Below, piece by piece: positions 18,404 through 28,312 of a stretch of DNA of 64,000 nucleotides. Where the stretch lies: assembly GCA_963716725.1 (NCBI GenBank), contig CAVQUB010000010.1, positions 32,001-96,000 of the forward strand, written 5' to 3'. The notes beneath the pieces were generated by a model. The model was not told where the DNA came from. It made no database searches and saw only the letters and a program-made list of their open reading frames with translations. Both the position numbers and the translations under genes were made by a program. Numbering within the stretch: the stretch's first letter is position 1; each line of letters begins with the position of its first letter. This stretch comes from an uncultured delta proteobacterium. GTDB taxonomy: Bacteria; Myxococcota_A; Polyangia; Polyangiales; Polyangiaceae.

Positions 18404-20242
18404 CTATTTGTCAGGCGCAGCGAGACTGGCAATAGCCTTCTCGACGCGGTCCTGCCTGCCACGGTCACGGTCGAGGGTGAGATACGCGGAGGCGTCAACC
18501 CCAACGCTGGATGCGGCCTCGACGGCGCGCGTTGGCGGGCAACCGTTCTCGATCAGAGCGAGTACGGCTCCCGTCAAACAATCTGCCTCGCCAACCAGAT
18601 ACCCGAGCGTGCGGGCGGGCTCGCCGGCGATGTCTAATTCCCCCGCGGCCAAGTGCGCCATTCCGTACGACACTTCAGAAAACGGCTCCGAGCTGGTACG
18701 CGCAAACCATGCGCTGAGAGCCATCTCCATCGCGGCCGACCAAAGTGTGCTCGCGACGTTCGAGGGCTCCTTCTCACGAGAGCCTACGAACCCCACCCGG
18801 ATCAGAAAGCGGGATGTCGCCCACGAATCTTTGGCGTACCGATTCTCCTGACGTTGCAGACGCTGGGGCGCGAGGGCCTGCCAGGTCGTCTCGAACATCG
18901 TCAGCGGCTGATCGCACGCGCGGAGCGCAATCGCGGCGAGAGCTACGGTCCAGTCGATGAGCGGGGAGTAGCGATCGGCAATGCCGACGTCTCGTGCAAC
19001 CAACAACTCCACGAGCCAGGTCCAGCCCGACCGCTGAGCTTCGAGCGAGCCCTCGTCGTCGCGCTCGAACGCCGCGCCCGCGCCTGCCGATGCCAGCAGC
19101 CAGAGTCCCCACGCGCTCCGATTCGGATGAGAGTGTGCTCGCTGTCTTGCGATCGCCAGAAGTGCGGGAGCGTTCCCCGCGCTGTTGGCGTAGGAAAGTC
19201 CCATCGCGTATTGAAGTTCTTGACGCAATTTGCCTTGCGCTGATTCTGGGGCGCTTGCTTGGGCCCGATCCATATGCAGAGCGCCCAGTTCGGCGAGCAA
19301 CTCTCGCCCGTCGGGCCGTGAGCTGATGGCCGCCGCCAGTTCCTCCCGTGCTGAATCGACTTGACGGATTGCCTCGTCAATGCCGCTGGTGCCCTCTGCC
19401 CACCGAACCCGATGGATTATGTGGTTTTCGATCAGACCATACGCTCGACGTTCCAGGATGAAGATCAGCGCAGCCGTCGTGCGCGCACCAAGTTTGTCGA
19501 ATGCCAGTGGAGCGCCGCGGATCCAATTGAGAACCACAGCGGGCGAACGCTCGACGTGTGCGTCCCACAGCAAGGACTCCATCAGCGCTGCGATCGGGAG
19601 CCGGTCCAAGAACTCGAGCCACCTGTGCTCGTCCAGCACTCTCAGCAATCCGGACACGAGTCGCTCCACCGATCTTTCCATCCGCGGAAAGTCGCCTTCG
19701 TGCCACGACGGGACGGGTTGCGACAGTTCCTTGCGCCAGCGTTCCAACTCGTCCGACGCCTGGTATTCGTCGTCGTTGATCGAGCTGAGCGTGAATTCCA
19801 GCTTGCGAAGTACAGTAAGCCACTCATTCGCCGAGTTGCCCGCCGCGACTTGCTCGGCGACGAGAGGGATATCCAAGAAGAATTCGATTTTAGAGACGGC
19901 TGCGAGGCGTTCGATGCTCGGGTCCGCCGCCGTGACGAACAGCGCGAGGGCGCGGCTGACTATCTCGGTCGTTTCTTCACGGTGACCTTGCAAAGCGGCG
20001 TCATCCTCAGCGATGCCGACACTTGCCAGCAGCTCGAGGACGAGCTCCTGGAGCGAGTCGTACCCAGGTAGCTCCCCATCTGCTTGGTATCCCGACTCCA
20101 GCCTCCGCGCCAACGATTCGATGACGGTCGCGTCCCCCAATGCATCTACGTACCGCTTGGCCTTCGCCCTGCGGTCGAGCCACTGCTCGATCTGTTCACT
20201 CGACTCTGCCAACTCGTCGAATGCAGGGTGCTCACCACGCAC
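18404..20242 (-). CDS. Hypothetical helical protein (612 aa), third gene of the minus-strand operon
   Basis: Long ORF with protein-like composition. GTG start overlaps the upstream stop. No recognisable motif. Confidence 0.7.
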   Translation of the reverse strand: MRGEHPAFDELAESSEQIEQWLDRRAKAKRYVDALGDATVIESLARRLESGYQADGELPGYDSLQELVLELLASVGIAEDDAALQGHREETTEIVSRALALFVTAADPSIERLAAVSKIEFFLDIPLVAEQVAAGNSANEWLTVLRKLEFTLSSINDDEYQASDELERWRKELSQPVPSWHEGDFPRMERSVERLVSGLLRVLDEHRWLEFLDRLPIAALMESLLWDAHVERSPAVVLNWIRGAPLAFDKLGARTTAALIFILERRAYGLIENHIIHRVRWAEGTSGIDEAIRQVDSAREELAAAISSRPDGRELLAELGALHMDRAQASAPESAQGKLRQELQYAMGLSYANSAGNAPALLAIARQRAHSHPNRSAWGLWLLASAGAGAAFERDDEGSLEAQRSGWTWLVELLVARDVGIADRYSPLIDWTVALAAIALRACDQPLTMFETTWQALAPQRLQRQENRYAKDSWATSRFLIRVGFVGSREKEPSNVASTLWSAAMEMALSAWFARTSSEPFSEVSYGMAHLAAGELDIAGEPARTLGYLVGEADCLTGAVLALIENGCPPTRAVEAASSVGVDASAYLTLDRDRGRQDRVEKAIASLAAPDK

Positions 20243-20792
20243 GGTTCAGTCCTTCGCAGAGTTCTTCGAAGAACGCGATCGCATCTGTGTCGTCAGCTGG
20301 CCATGGCCCCGAGGCTGCCGATAGACAATTGGCGCTGCCAAACGCGGAAAAGCCGAAGTGCCAAAGCGAGTCATCCAGAACGACGAAGCGATCATGTGGA
20401 TACGGATAGGTTGGCGGCTTTCGAGTGAGGCGATCAAGCCACTGGACCCGGGTCGGCGCTGGGCGCACTTGGGTCTTTGGCCGCCCCTGGTTCCAAGCGG
20501 AGTCGAGGGCGGCCCGGATTGCCGCGAGACGTGCGGTCTTGTCATCGACTCGTGCGCTGACAATCCGCACGTCGCGTACCATGGCGCCGGCAAGTGCCAG
20601 CAGGAGCCCCTGGTACCCGTACTCCAAGAAATGGAGATCGAGCACCCAGACGCGGTTTGTTGCCTGCCATGCTTCCGCGATGAACGCGTCCAGATGGCAA
20701 GGATCGGAGTTAGAGCCGACACGGCGAAGCTCGGCGGGACCTGGAAATCGCGAGAGCGGACCGTCAGGGCCAACGAAGTGAAGCTCCGTCAT
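20232..20792 (-). CDS. PLD-like nuclease-fold protein (HDRF motif)
   Basis: VWVLDLHF and PHDRFVVLDDSLWHFGFS. 4-nt overlap with the upstream gene. Confidence 0.65.
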   Translation of the reverse strand: MTELHFVGPDGPLSRFPGPAELRRVGSNSDPCHLDAFIAEAWQATNRVWVLDLHFLEYGYQGLLLALAGAMVRDVRIVSARVDDKTARLAAIRAALDSAWNQGRPKTQVRPAPTRVQWLDRLTRKPPTYPYPHDRFVVLDDSLWHFGFSAFGSANCLSAASGPWPADDTDAIAFFEELCEGLNRAW

Positions 20793-21614
20793 GCGCCCAT
20801 ATCCTCGGCCGACGCCTCCAGAGCGCTGAGCCTCTCTGCGATGGGGACAGATTCCTCCCAGACGCGGCTCAGCTCCGGCAAGACCTCGGCGGGCAGTGGC
20901 AGCGCAACCAGCATCGTGCCGCGGGTGCCAAACTCATTCAAAGACGCACCGAGCAGCCATACGCGGTCGTCGGCGACGACGAATCGGTCATGGATTGGCG
21001 CGTGCGCTCCAGGCATTACTCGAACCGTTGTCGGGTTGAGAAGTTGATCGCGCTCGGCGGAGTCGATTTCCGAGCTCAGCCGCCGCAATTGCTCCCTTTC
21101 CAGGTCGCGACCCTTCAGCGCAGTGCCGATGAGCGACTGCTGCTGCAGGCCGAAACTTGACGTGAGAATCCTCACTTCGGCGCCGCGGTTGGCGATTGCT
21201 GGCAACCACACCTTCACGTCCCGCGCCGCGAAGTAAGTGTCCACGACAAGGGCTGTGCGCCGGGCGGTTGACAGGATCTTCTTGATTGCGGCTTCGGCGC
21301 CCGCCACGTCTCCGCGAAACCACCGTTGGTGCTCTCGCACCCCACTGCCAGCCTTGAGGCGATGCTTCAAGCTCGACAAGACCCGGGCCGCCGAGTTGAC
21401 CGCTTCATTGCCGGCGACAACACGCCGATCTTGCTCGGCGACAGCGATTCTCTGCGTCGTTGCTGCCCTGCCCTTGCGCGCCGGGAGAGCAACGCGGCGT
21501 TCCCGTCCGATCAGGCTCATCTGCATGTTGATTCCGCGAACAAAGGCGTATGGGCCTTGCTCGAGCAGCAGCCCCAAATCGTCATGAGTCACGCGCAGCG
21601 ATACTTGCTCCACG
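20789..21614 (-). pseudogene. 3' half of a transposon-interrupted VPA1262-like protein (C-terminal PLD-like domain)
   Basis: LVVDTYF and IHDRFVVADDRVWLLGASLNEFG. Joins in frame with 24879-25690 when the transposon and one TSD are removed (...LALAEDV/EQVSLRV...). Confidence 0.8.
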
Positions 21615-21766
21615 TGTAGGCCGTCACCCTCCGTCGTGATCCCCCGCGGTCGTGGTGTCGGTCTGGGCGCTCGTTGTTTCGGGTGAGCCGGGTTCGGACT
21701 CCGGAGAGCTTCGCCGTTCTTTTTTCCTGAGAGGCTGATCCGCGGAAAGCTGATCGCCGGAGAAGG

Positions 21767-22444
21767 TTGGTCCGTCGCGGTAGCACCCGCACGGACCCGG
21801 CCAGCGAAGGATTGGTTGTCCGTTACGAGACGACCCTCACCAGCGAGCGGTACGTTACCGAGCAGGCGTGGCGGGCCGCAAGTTTGGAGCGGTGCCCGCT
21901 GCACCCGGAGGGCGGCTGCGGTCTCGCGGGGCACGGGAGCTACGGTCGGGTCCGCCCCGTCGGCGTCCGCGTCGCCCGGTTCTGGTGCCCGCGGGCTCGG
22001 GTGACTATCAGCCTTTTGCCTGATTTTCTGGCTTCCCGACTGTCGGGCACGCTCGAGGAGGTCGAGCGGGCCGTCGAGGTGGCCGAGGGCGCCAAGAGTC
22101 TGGAGGCGGTCGCCGAGAAGGTGCGCCCCGCGATCGCAGCGGACGCGGTGACGCTTCCAAGCGCGCTGCGGTGGCTCCGGCGGCGGCGTGTTGCTGTCCA
22201 CGCGGCGCTCGTGGCGGCAGTGACGCTGGTGCCGGCGCTCACGGGCTGCCCGGCGACGCTTGGCGCGGTGCGGCAACGACTCGGGGTGTCGGATGCGCTC
22301 GTGGCGCTGCGGTCGGCCGCGGCCATTCACCTGGCCGCCATGCCAGCGCCGGTCGGACTGCGGGCGCGAGGGCGAGCGCGGCAAGCATCGCGAGAGCCGA
22401 CCCCACACGAAACGGGGCCGGACCCTCCTCGGCGGGACCGATAG
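21767..22444 (+). CDS. Transposon accessory protein (Cys/His Zn-binding N-terminus, HTH-like; DUF6431-like)
   Basis: CPLH...C...HGSYGR...RFWCP...SLLPDFLA. First gene inside the element. Start uncertain. Confidence 0.65.
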   Translation: MVRRGSTRTDPASEGLVVRYETTLTSERYVTEQAWRAASLERCPLHPEGGCGLAGHGSYGRVRPVGVRVARFWCPRARVTISLLPDFLASRLSGTLEEVERAVEVAEGAKSLEAVAEKVRPAIAADAVTLPSALRWLRRRRVAVHAALVAAVTLVPALTGCPATLGAVRQRLGVSDALVALRSAAAIHLAAMPAPVGLRARGRARQASREPTPHETGPDPPRRDR

Positions 22445-22495
22445 CGGGTTGGTGTGCCCGGGACGGACCCGGGCCGACACCGAAAGAGAACTCCG

Positions 22496-23900
22496 ATGAG
22501 GACACCGACCCCCGAAAACGAACGCACGCTCGCTGACGCCGAGCGCAGAAAGCAGATCGCGCTGTTCCGTTATGGCGTGATCGCAGATCTGCTCCACCTC
22601 GAGCGCGGTGCGCGCGGCATGTACGCGAAGCTGCGCGAGAAGGCGGAGAAGGACTGGGAGATCCCCGGAACGCTCCGGCGGAAGGTCCAGGCCGAAACGA
22701 TCCGCGGATGGCTTGCGGACTACCGACGCGGCGGCTTCGACGCCCTTGTCCCGAAGATCCGACGGGACGAGGGCTCGGCTCGCGCCATTCCCCGGGAGAT
22801 CGCGGATCTGCTCTGCGAGACGAAAGAGCAGCACGCGGACTTCAGCGTCGGACTCGTCATCGCGCACGTGACGCGCTTCGCGAAGATCCCGGAGGGGGTC
22901 ACGCTTGCGCCATCGACGGTGCACCGGATCTCTGTCTCGGGCCGGACTCATGCAGAAGAAGCAGGGCGAGCCGACGGCGAAGGACCGCCGACGCTTCGCC
23001 TTCGAGAAGGCGGGCGAACTGTGGATGAGCGACGTGATGCACGGCCCCGCCGTCGCCGTGTCCGGGCGGCAGCGGAAGACGTACCTGCTCGCCGTCATCG
23101 ACGACGCGACACGGATGGTGCCGTATGCGGCCTTCGCGCTCAGCGAGAACGCCGCGACCCTTCTCAGCGTGCTCGAGCAAGGGATCTGCCGCCGCGGGAT
23201 CCCCAAGCGGCTTTACGTCGACAACGGTGCCGCCTTCAAAGCACAGCACCTGGCGCTCGTGTGCGCGAAGCTCGGCATCACCTTGATCCACGCGCGTCCC
23301 TACACGCCCCAGGGAAAAGGAAAGATGGAGCGGTGGTTTCGGACCGTGCGTCTTCAGCTCCTGCCGACGCTCCAGCCCGAGGACAGGCGGAGTCTCGAAG
23401 CACTCAACCGCCGTCTCTGGGCGTGGGTCGAGGGTGAGTATCATCGGAGTCCCCACCGCGGACTCGACGGTGAGACGCCCGCGGATCGCTGGGCGATGCG
23501 CTCAGACGAGGTGCGCCAGTCGTCGAGCGACCTCGCCGATCTGTTTCTCTTCGAGCAGAAGCGCCGTGTGCAGGCCGACCGCACCGTGTCGCTCGACAGC
23601 GTGGCCTACGAAGTGGACGCGATGCTCGTCGGCGAGACCGTCGTCCTTCGCTTCGATCCGGCGCGTCCGCGAGAGACACGTGCCGTCCAGGTCTGGCATC
23701 GCGGAAAGCAGATCCAGATCGCTCGCCGTGTCGACGTCTACGCCAACTGTTTCGTCCGACGCGATCACACGACGAAGGCCCTGCATCCATCTCAGCCCGT
23801 GGACGAGCCGCCCCCCGGCATGCGCTTGAGCGACTTCGACTTCGATGTCGGGGACAACCAGCAGGGCGGCGCTGGCGACGACGAGGGGGACCTCCTCTGA
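22496..23900 (+). CDS. DDE transposase (rve core, Mu-like C-terminus) with +1 frameshift at ~22931
   Basis: IALFRYGVIADL HTH region, then WMSDVMHG, IDDATR, LYVDNGAAF, GKGKMERWFRT and RRVQADRTVSL. The frames join as HRILSRAGLM if one T is removed. Confidence 0.88.
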
Positions 23901-24697
23901 TGTACCGCAAGCACTTCGGCCTCACCCGCCACCCCTTCGCCAAAAACATCGAGCCCGACGAGCTCTTCGCCTCCGGTGCGCTCCGAGAACTCGACGCCCG
24001 GCTCGCCCATCTCCTCGACTTGCGCGGCATCGGTGTGGTCACCGGTGAGAGCGGCAGCGGCAAGACCACCGCGTGTCGGAAGATCGTCGCCGGTCTCCAC
24101 ACGGGTCTGCACCGCGTCCTCTACGTGTCGCTCACCACCGGCAACGTGATGGATCTCTACAAGACCATCGCCTGGGAGATCGGCCTACCCACCGAGCGCA
24201 ACCGCGCCGCACTGTTCCGGCAGATCCGGACCGAGGTGACGCGGCTCTGCAGCGAGGCCCGGCAGAAACCGATCCTGATCGTGGACGAAGCTCATCACCT
24301 CAGGAGCGACGTGCTCGAGGACCTGCGCCTGCTCACCAACTACGCGATGGACTCCGACAACCGCCTCTGCCTGGTCCTCGTCGGACACCCGGAACTGCGC
24401 CGCCGCCTCGGCATGGCGGTGCACGAGGCGCTCTCGCAGCGCGTCGTCGTGCGCGCTCACGTCCCGGGTCTTGCCCGTGACGAGCTCGGCCCGTACCTCA
24501 CGCACCTGCTCCGACTCGCCGGAACCGAGCTCGAACTCTTCGAGCCCGCAACCCAGGAGGCGATCTTCCAGGCGTCGAACGGCCTGCCCCGGAAGGTGAA
24601 CCTGCTCGCTCACCACGCGCTCATGGCCGCCGCGCTCACCAAGAGCAGGACCGTCACGACCGAGCACATCCAGTCCGCCATGGCCGAAGTCACCTGA
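23900..24697 (+). CDS. ExeA-family AAA ATPase (transposition helper)
   Basis: MYRKHFGLTRHPF, Walker A GESGSGKT, Walker B IVDEAHHL, LVGHPEL and GLPRKVN. TGATG coupling to the transposase. Confidence 0.9.
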   Translation: MYRKHFGLTRHPFAKNIEPDELFASGALRELDARLAHLLDLRGIGVVTGESGSGKTTACRKIVAGLHTGLHRVLYVSLTTGNVMDLYKTIAWEIGLPTERNRAALFRQIRTEVTRLCSEARQKPILIVDEAHHLRSDVLEDLRLLTNYAMDSDNRLCLVLVGHPELRRRLGMAVHEALSQRVVVRAHVPGLARDELGPYLTHLLRLAGTELELFEPATQEAIFQASNGLPRKVNLLAHHALMAAALTKSRTVTTEHIQSAMAEVT

Positions 24698-24873
24698 GCC
24701 CAGCGCCCGGCGACGGTCCACAAGGCCCGGCGGAGATCCACGTCTCCGTCGGGCCGCTCCCTTTCTGCCACCACCTCGCCACGCCCACTCGACCACCGCA
24801 CTCCGGGAAACCACCCCGAGGGCATCACGAAAATGCCCGGGATTCGGGCGGGGGAAGAGCGTGGGAAACTACA

Positions 24874-25690
24874 CCACGTCCTCAGCCAGCGCCAGTCGGT
24901 AGAACGGAACTTCCGGTCGCATTCGGCAGAGGAGTCGGACGCCCGTGGGCCGATGCTCCAAGACCTCGAGCGTGAGCTTCTGAAGGGCCATTCCCTTGCG
25001 TGGAACAATGTCCAGCGCCACCGCCTTGTCCGGTCCGTCGTCCGCACGCTCGAGACGGCTGGAGACGTGGCGCAGAATCGGTACTGGCTGAAAGAAGTGA
25101 GAGGACTGGACCAACTCGGGAATGGCGTCCACGTCGATGTCGAACTGCTGCTCCAGGGAATCGCTCAGCTTCCGCAACTCCGATTCACTCAGCAGATCCG
25201 GTATCAGGGGGTGCGCAACCAGGAGATGGTGCGCCCGCGACTCGGCTTCCCCCCGCGACGCACTGGGAACTCCGCGGGACTCTCGCTGCATCACCAGCGA
25301 AGGCCACCGTGGCTCATCGAGGCAGTCTGAGACAGCGACGGGGTTCGTCAACGCTGACTCGCGCCACGGAGGTGCCCATTGTCCGCCGAAGACCATCGAC
25401 TCGTACCAATTTCCGGCCGAGGACGAGGGTACCTCCCAGCTCTCGAAGTATACTCGCCACTTGCTGTCTCCGCCCAGTCGCTGATCGCCATCGTCTCCCG
25501 CGTCTACGCGAGGCACTTCGTCGGGGACGAGGTCCACTCGCGAGAATGCGTGGTGGGACTCCTTGGTGTCCCGATTGTAGATCCACGCAACACGAACGAT
25601 TGCGCGTGAGCATCCGACGAGAGTGAGCACGTTGTTGAAGGTCGGCGCGTCCTTTCGGAGGTCAGCGGGGTGAGTAAGCGCGTCGGCCAT
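24874..25690 (-). pseudogene. 5' half of the transposon-interrupted VPA1262-like protein
   Basis: ORF is cut by a TAG formed at the transposon end. Reconstructed uninterrupted gene is 1,638 nt (545 aa). Confidence 0.78.
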
Positions 25691-26357
25691 TACTCGTCCA
25701 TGGGCGCGGCGCTGCTCGCGCCCGCGCGGGGTGATGCGGCGAGAGGCGAGCCGGTCGTGCTGTCAGACCGTACAGGCCAGCCATCGAGTTCGGATGCGGT
25801 TTGCTTCGAGCACGCGCGCCGCGAGCAGGAAGCGAGCGCGAAGGGTGTCGACCTGGCCGTTCTCTCGGCATGCCGCGTGGAGTTCTGCGCGTTCGGGCCC
25901 TGGAGCGGACACCTTTGGGTCAGTTTCTGAATGCCCAACAGGTCAGACGCACGACCCAGGTGCAGCCGACGTGCCCTGGGCAGCAGGGCGAGGATGGCCT
26001 TGTTGTGCGGCGCGGAGAGGCGGTGAGTGGAGCAGACCATCCCGGGAGAGATGGTACCTCGCTGATGGTCGCACGCCACTCAGTTTGAGGCGAGGCAGTT
26101 GCGTGAGGTCTTCTGGTTATTCCATTGGGGCGGACGCCGCGGAAGTCGCCCGGACAGTGCGCCTTCCTCGCCTCTGTCGAGAGCCGAGTGTTGACCGGCT
26201 TCCGCCAGGCGACCCGCGTGGATGGCCGGATTGATCCCCGATCGGCATGCCACGACTCCCGCGCCCCAAGCCCCCGACGTTGCGCCCGGGTCGTTCTTCA
26301 AGCACGTCGAGCCCGCCTGGCACTGCCCGACCCCGTTGCACACGCGGTACGTGTGTG

Positions 26358-26581
26358 GGTGTTGACGTCGTATTCATCGTGGAGTTGAGGCTGGAGAGCG
26401 ATGGGCGAGTGAACATCGACCCGCTGGAAGCTATCGGTTCCGAACTGGGTGTGAAGTTCCCCCGTTTCCGTACGAAACCGGGGGAGGATCAGTGCGGCGT
26501 CGCGGCTGCGTCTGGTCGGAGGAAAAGCGCCTCGGCGACGAGAACGGGAACTTCGGCCTACTTCACGCGAAGTGCTCCATC
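26358..26581 (+). pseudogene. drmC: Degenerate internal fragment of a second drmC
   Basis: GVDVVFIVE..ESDGRVNIDPL...DENGNFGLLHAKC matches drmC at ~16271-16453 at DNA level. Disrupted by a 40-bp insert and a 2-nt deletion. Confidence 0.85.
26452..26491. mobile_element. 40-bp IS3-like inverted-repeat remnant (mini-element/scar)
   Basis: TGAAGTTCCCCCGTTTCCGTACGAAACCGGGGGAGGATCA is an imperfect palindrome with TG...CA ends, flanked by a GTG 3-bp duplication (26449-51 and 26492-94). Confidence 0.7.
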
Positions 26582-28265
26582 TCACTCCCCTTCGAACCTC
26601 AGCTTCAGCACTGCGGCCGGATACTCCTCGCTCGGGAGCGTGTAGCGGAGCCCTCGTTCGAAGAGCTTCTCGCCGGCGATCAAACTGACTCGATTCTGGA
26701 CCACATTCACGTTCAAGGTCTTGCTCACCACCAAGCGGATGTCGAGCCCCCGATCTTGCAGATCTTCGGTGGTGACCTCGAGGCCCCGATCCTCGGTGAA
26801 GACCAGCCTGCCTTCGCTGCGAAAGCCGCGGGATGCACAGACCCACTCTCCACCCTTCGCCACGCAAAGTCCTGGGTGAGCGCCGCTGACGGTCGTGGTG
26901 TGCAACACCCACGGTTGCACGGTCCACCGAGCTCCGGGCTTCAGCCTGCAGTGAGCTGTCCCGTCTGGCTCAGCCCTACACACCGTGCCAGCCCGATCGC
27001 AGTCCGTACACGACGGAGCAGGCGCTGCCCCTGGGACTCGCGCCGTCGTGGCTGCGGGGGGCCGAAGGCGCTGGAGATCGTGCGCTTGGCTCGACGCCCT
27101 TCGGCGCAGCGGCCCCCGGCTCCGCGTCGGATCCCCCTCGATTGGCGAGCACGATGACGGTCACTAGGCCGACCCCGGCCACCACCAACGCGACGAGCAC
27201 GCCAACCGCCGCAATGGGCAATGACGCGCCTCGAGGAGCGCTGCTCACGGCTCCAAACGCGCTGCCGCCACCCGCGGCACCGGGAGCGAGCCCCGGAGTT
27301 TCGGGGGATTCCATCGTGGGCAGCGCGAATCGCGTGGCGTCCCGCTCACTCGCGCGCGGGTCGCTCTGGGTGCTCGGAGAATCGGACGGCCGCCAGAACG
27401 GCGCCAGGTCAGCGGCGAGAGCGCTGGCGTCCGGGTACCGCGCCCCGGGCTGCAACGCGGTCGCGCGTGCCACAATGGCTGACACTTCAGGCGGCAGCGA
27501 CGGCACCACGGTGGCCAAGGCGGGGATGTCGCCCCGCAACGCGGACTGCAGGAGATCCACCAACGCTGGATTCGAACCGTGAGGTCGAAGGGGATGATGA
27601 CCCGCCAAGGCTTCGTACAGACAGATCCCGAGCGAGTACACGTCCGACGCAGGGGTCGGAGGCATTCCTCGAAGCAGCTCAGGTGCAACGTAGGCGGGGC
27701 TTCCTGGCGTCGTGCCAACCGCAGTAATCCCCTTGGTCAGCGCAGCCGACGTCACCTTGGCGATCCCAAAGTCCAACACCTTGACCGTGCCCGAATCACA
27801 AACAAACAGATTCGCGGGTTTCAAATCGCGGTGAACGATCCCGCGCGCGTGGGCGGCTGCCACGCCGCAGGCTGCGAGCGCAACGACTTGAACGGCTCCG
27901 TGAAGAGAAATTCGTGAGCCGCGCGAGCGATGCTCGCCAAGCAAGTCGCTAAGCGACTTGCCCTCGAGCAACTCGAGCTCCATCACGAGGAGCTGCCCCT
28001 CGAGGCGCACGCCATAGAATCGCACGATGTTCGGGTGGTGAAGTCCTTCGTGGACGGCCGCCTCCTGCATCAGTCTGGCTGCCAGATCCGTGTGTTCGAA
28101 CACATCCGGGTGCACCACCTTCAACGCGCGTTCGATCTGTGGCTGCACCACGTTCTGGGCGCGGAAAATGACCGCGCTGCTGCCCCGACCGATGACCTCG
28201 GTCAGCCGATAGCCGCCGAGGTCGCGACCAACGAGCGCCTCGAGCTCTGTGGTGGATTGCTCCAT
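26582..28265 (-). CDS. Membrane Ser/Thr kinase (kinase-TM-Pro/Ala linker-Cys-containing extracellular domain), frameshifted in the G6 run at 27056-27061
   Basis: IGRGSSAVIF, ALKVV, HRDLKPAN, DFGIAK and a TM helix. Removing one base from the run joins ORF 26582-26983 via PSAPAATTARVPGAAPAPSCTDCDRAGTVCRAEP. Confidence 0.8.
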
Positions 28266-28312
28266 CCCGCCGTGCAGAATATCCTACGCCGTGGGCGAGC
28301 ACGACAACTGAC

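Larger units (their letters stand above)
21615..24873 (+). mobile_element. 3,259-bp three-gene DDE transposon (accessory protein + Mu/rve transposase + ExeA-like ATPase)
   Basis: Ends TGTAG...CTACA. 5-bp direct repeat CCACG at 21610-21614 and 24874-24878. Imperfect subterminal inverted motif TCGTGAT(C/G)CCC...GTGGT at 21634-21656 and 24810-24830. Confidence 0.9.

Noticed and set aside
22925..22940. Programmed frameshift in the transposase
   Set aside because: No slippery A-run/heptamer at the junction. A single extra base (error or mutation) explains it.
20789..23206. 805-aa minus-strand ORF
   Set aside because: Chimera: antisense of the transposon fused to the real 3' half of the interrupted gene. 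Only 20789-21614 is genuine.
25691..26357. Short ORFs 25690-26079 and 26080-26343 (Cys-containing)
   Set aside because: No convincing motifs; probably decayed fragments or promoter region. A TAATG overlap at 25690 hints at a lost upstream gene, but support is insufficient.
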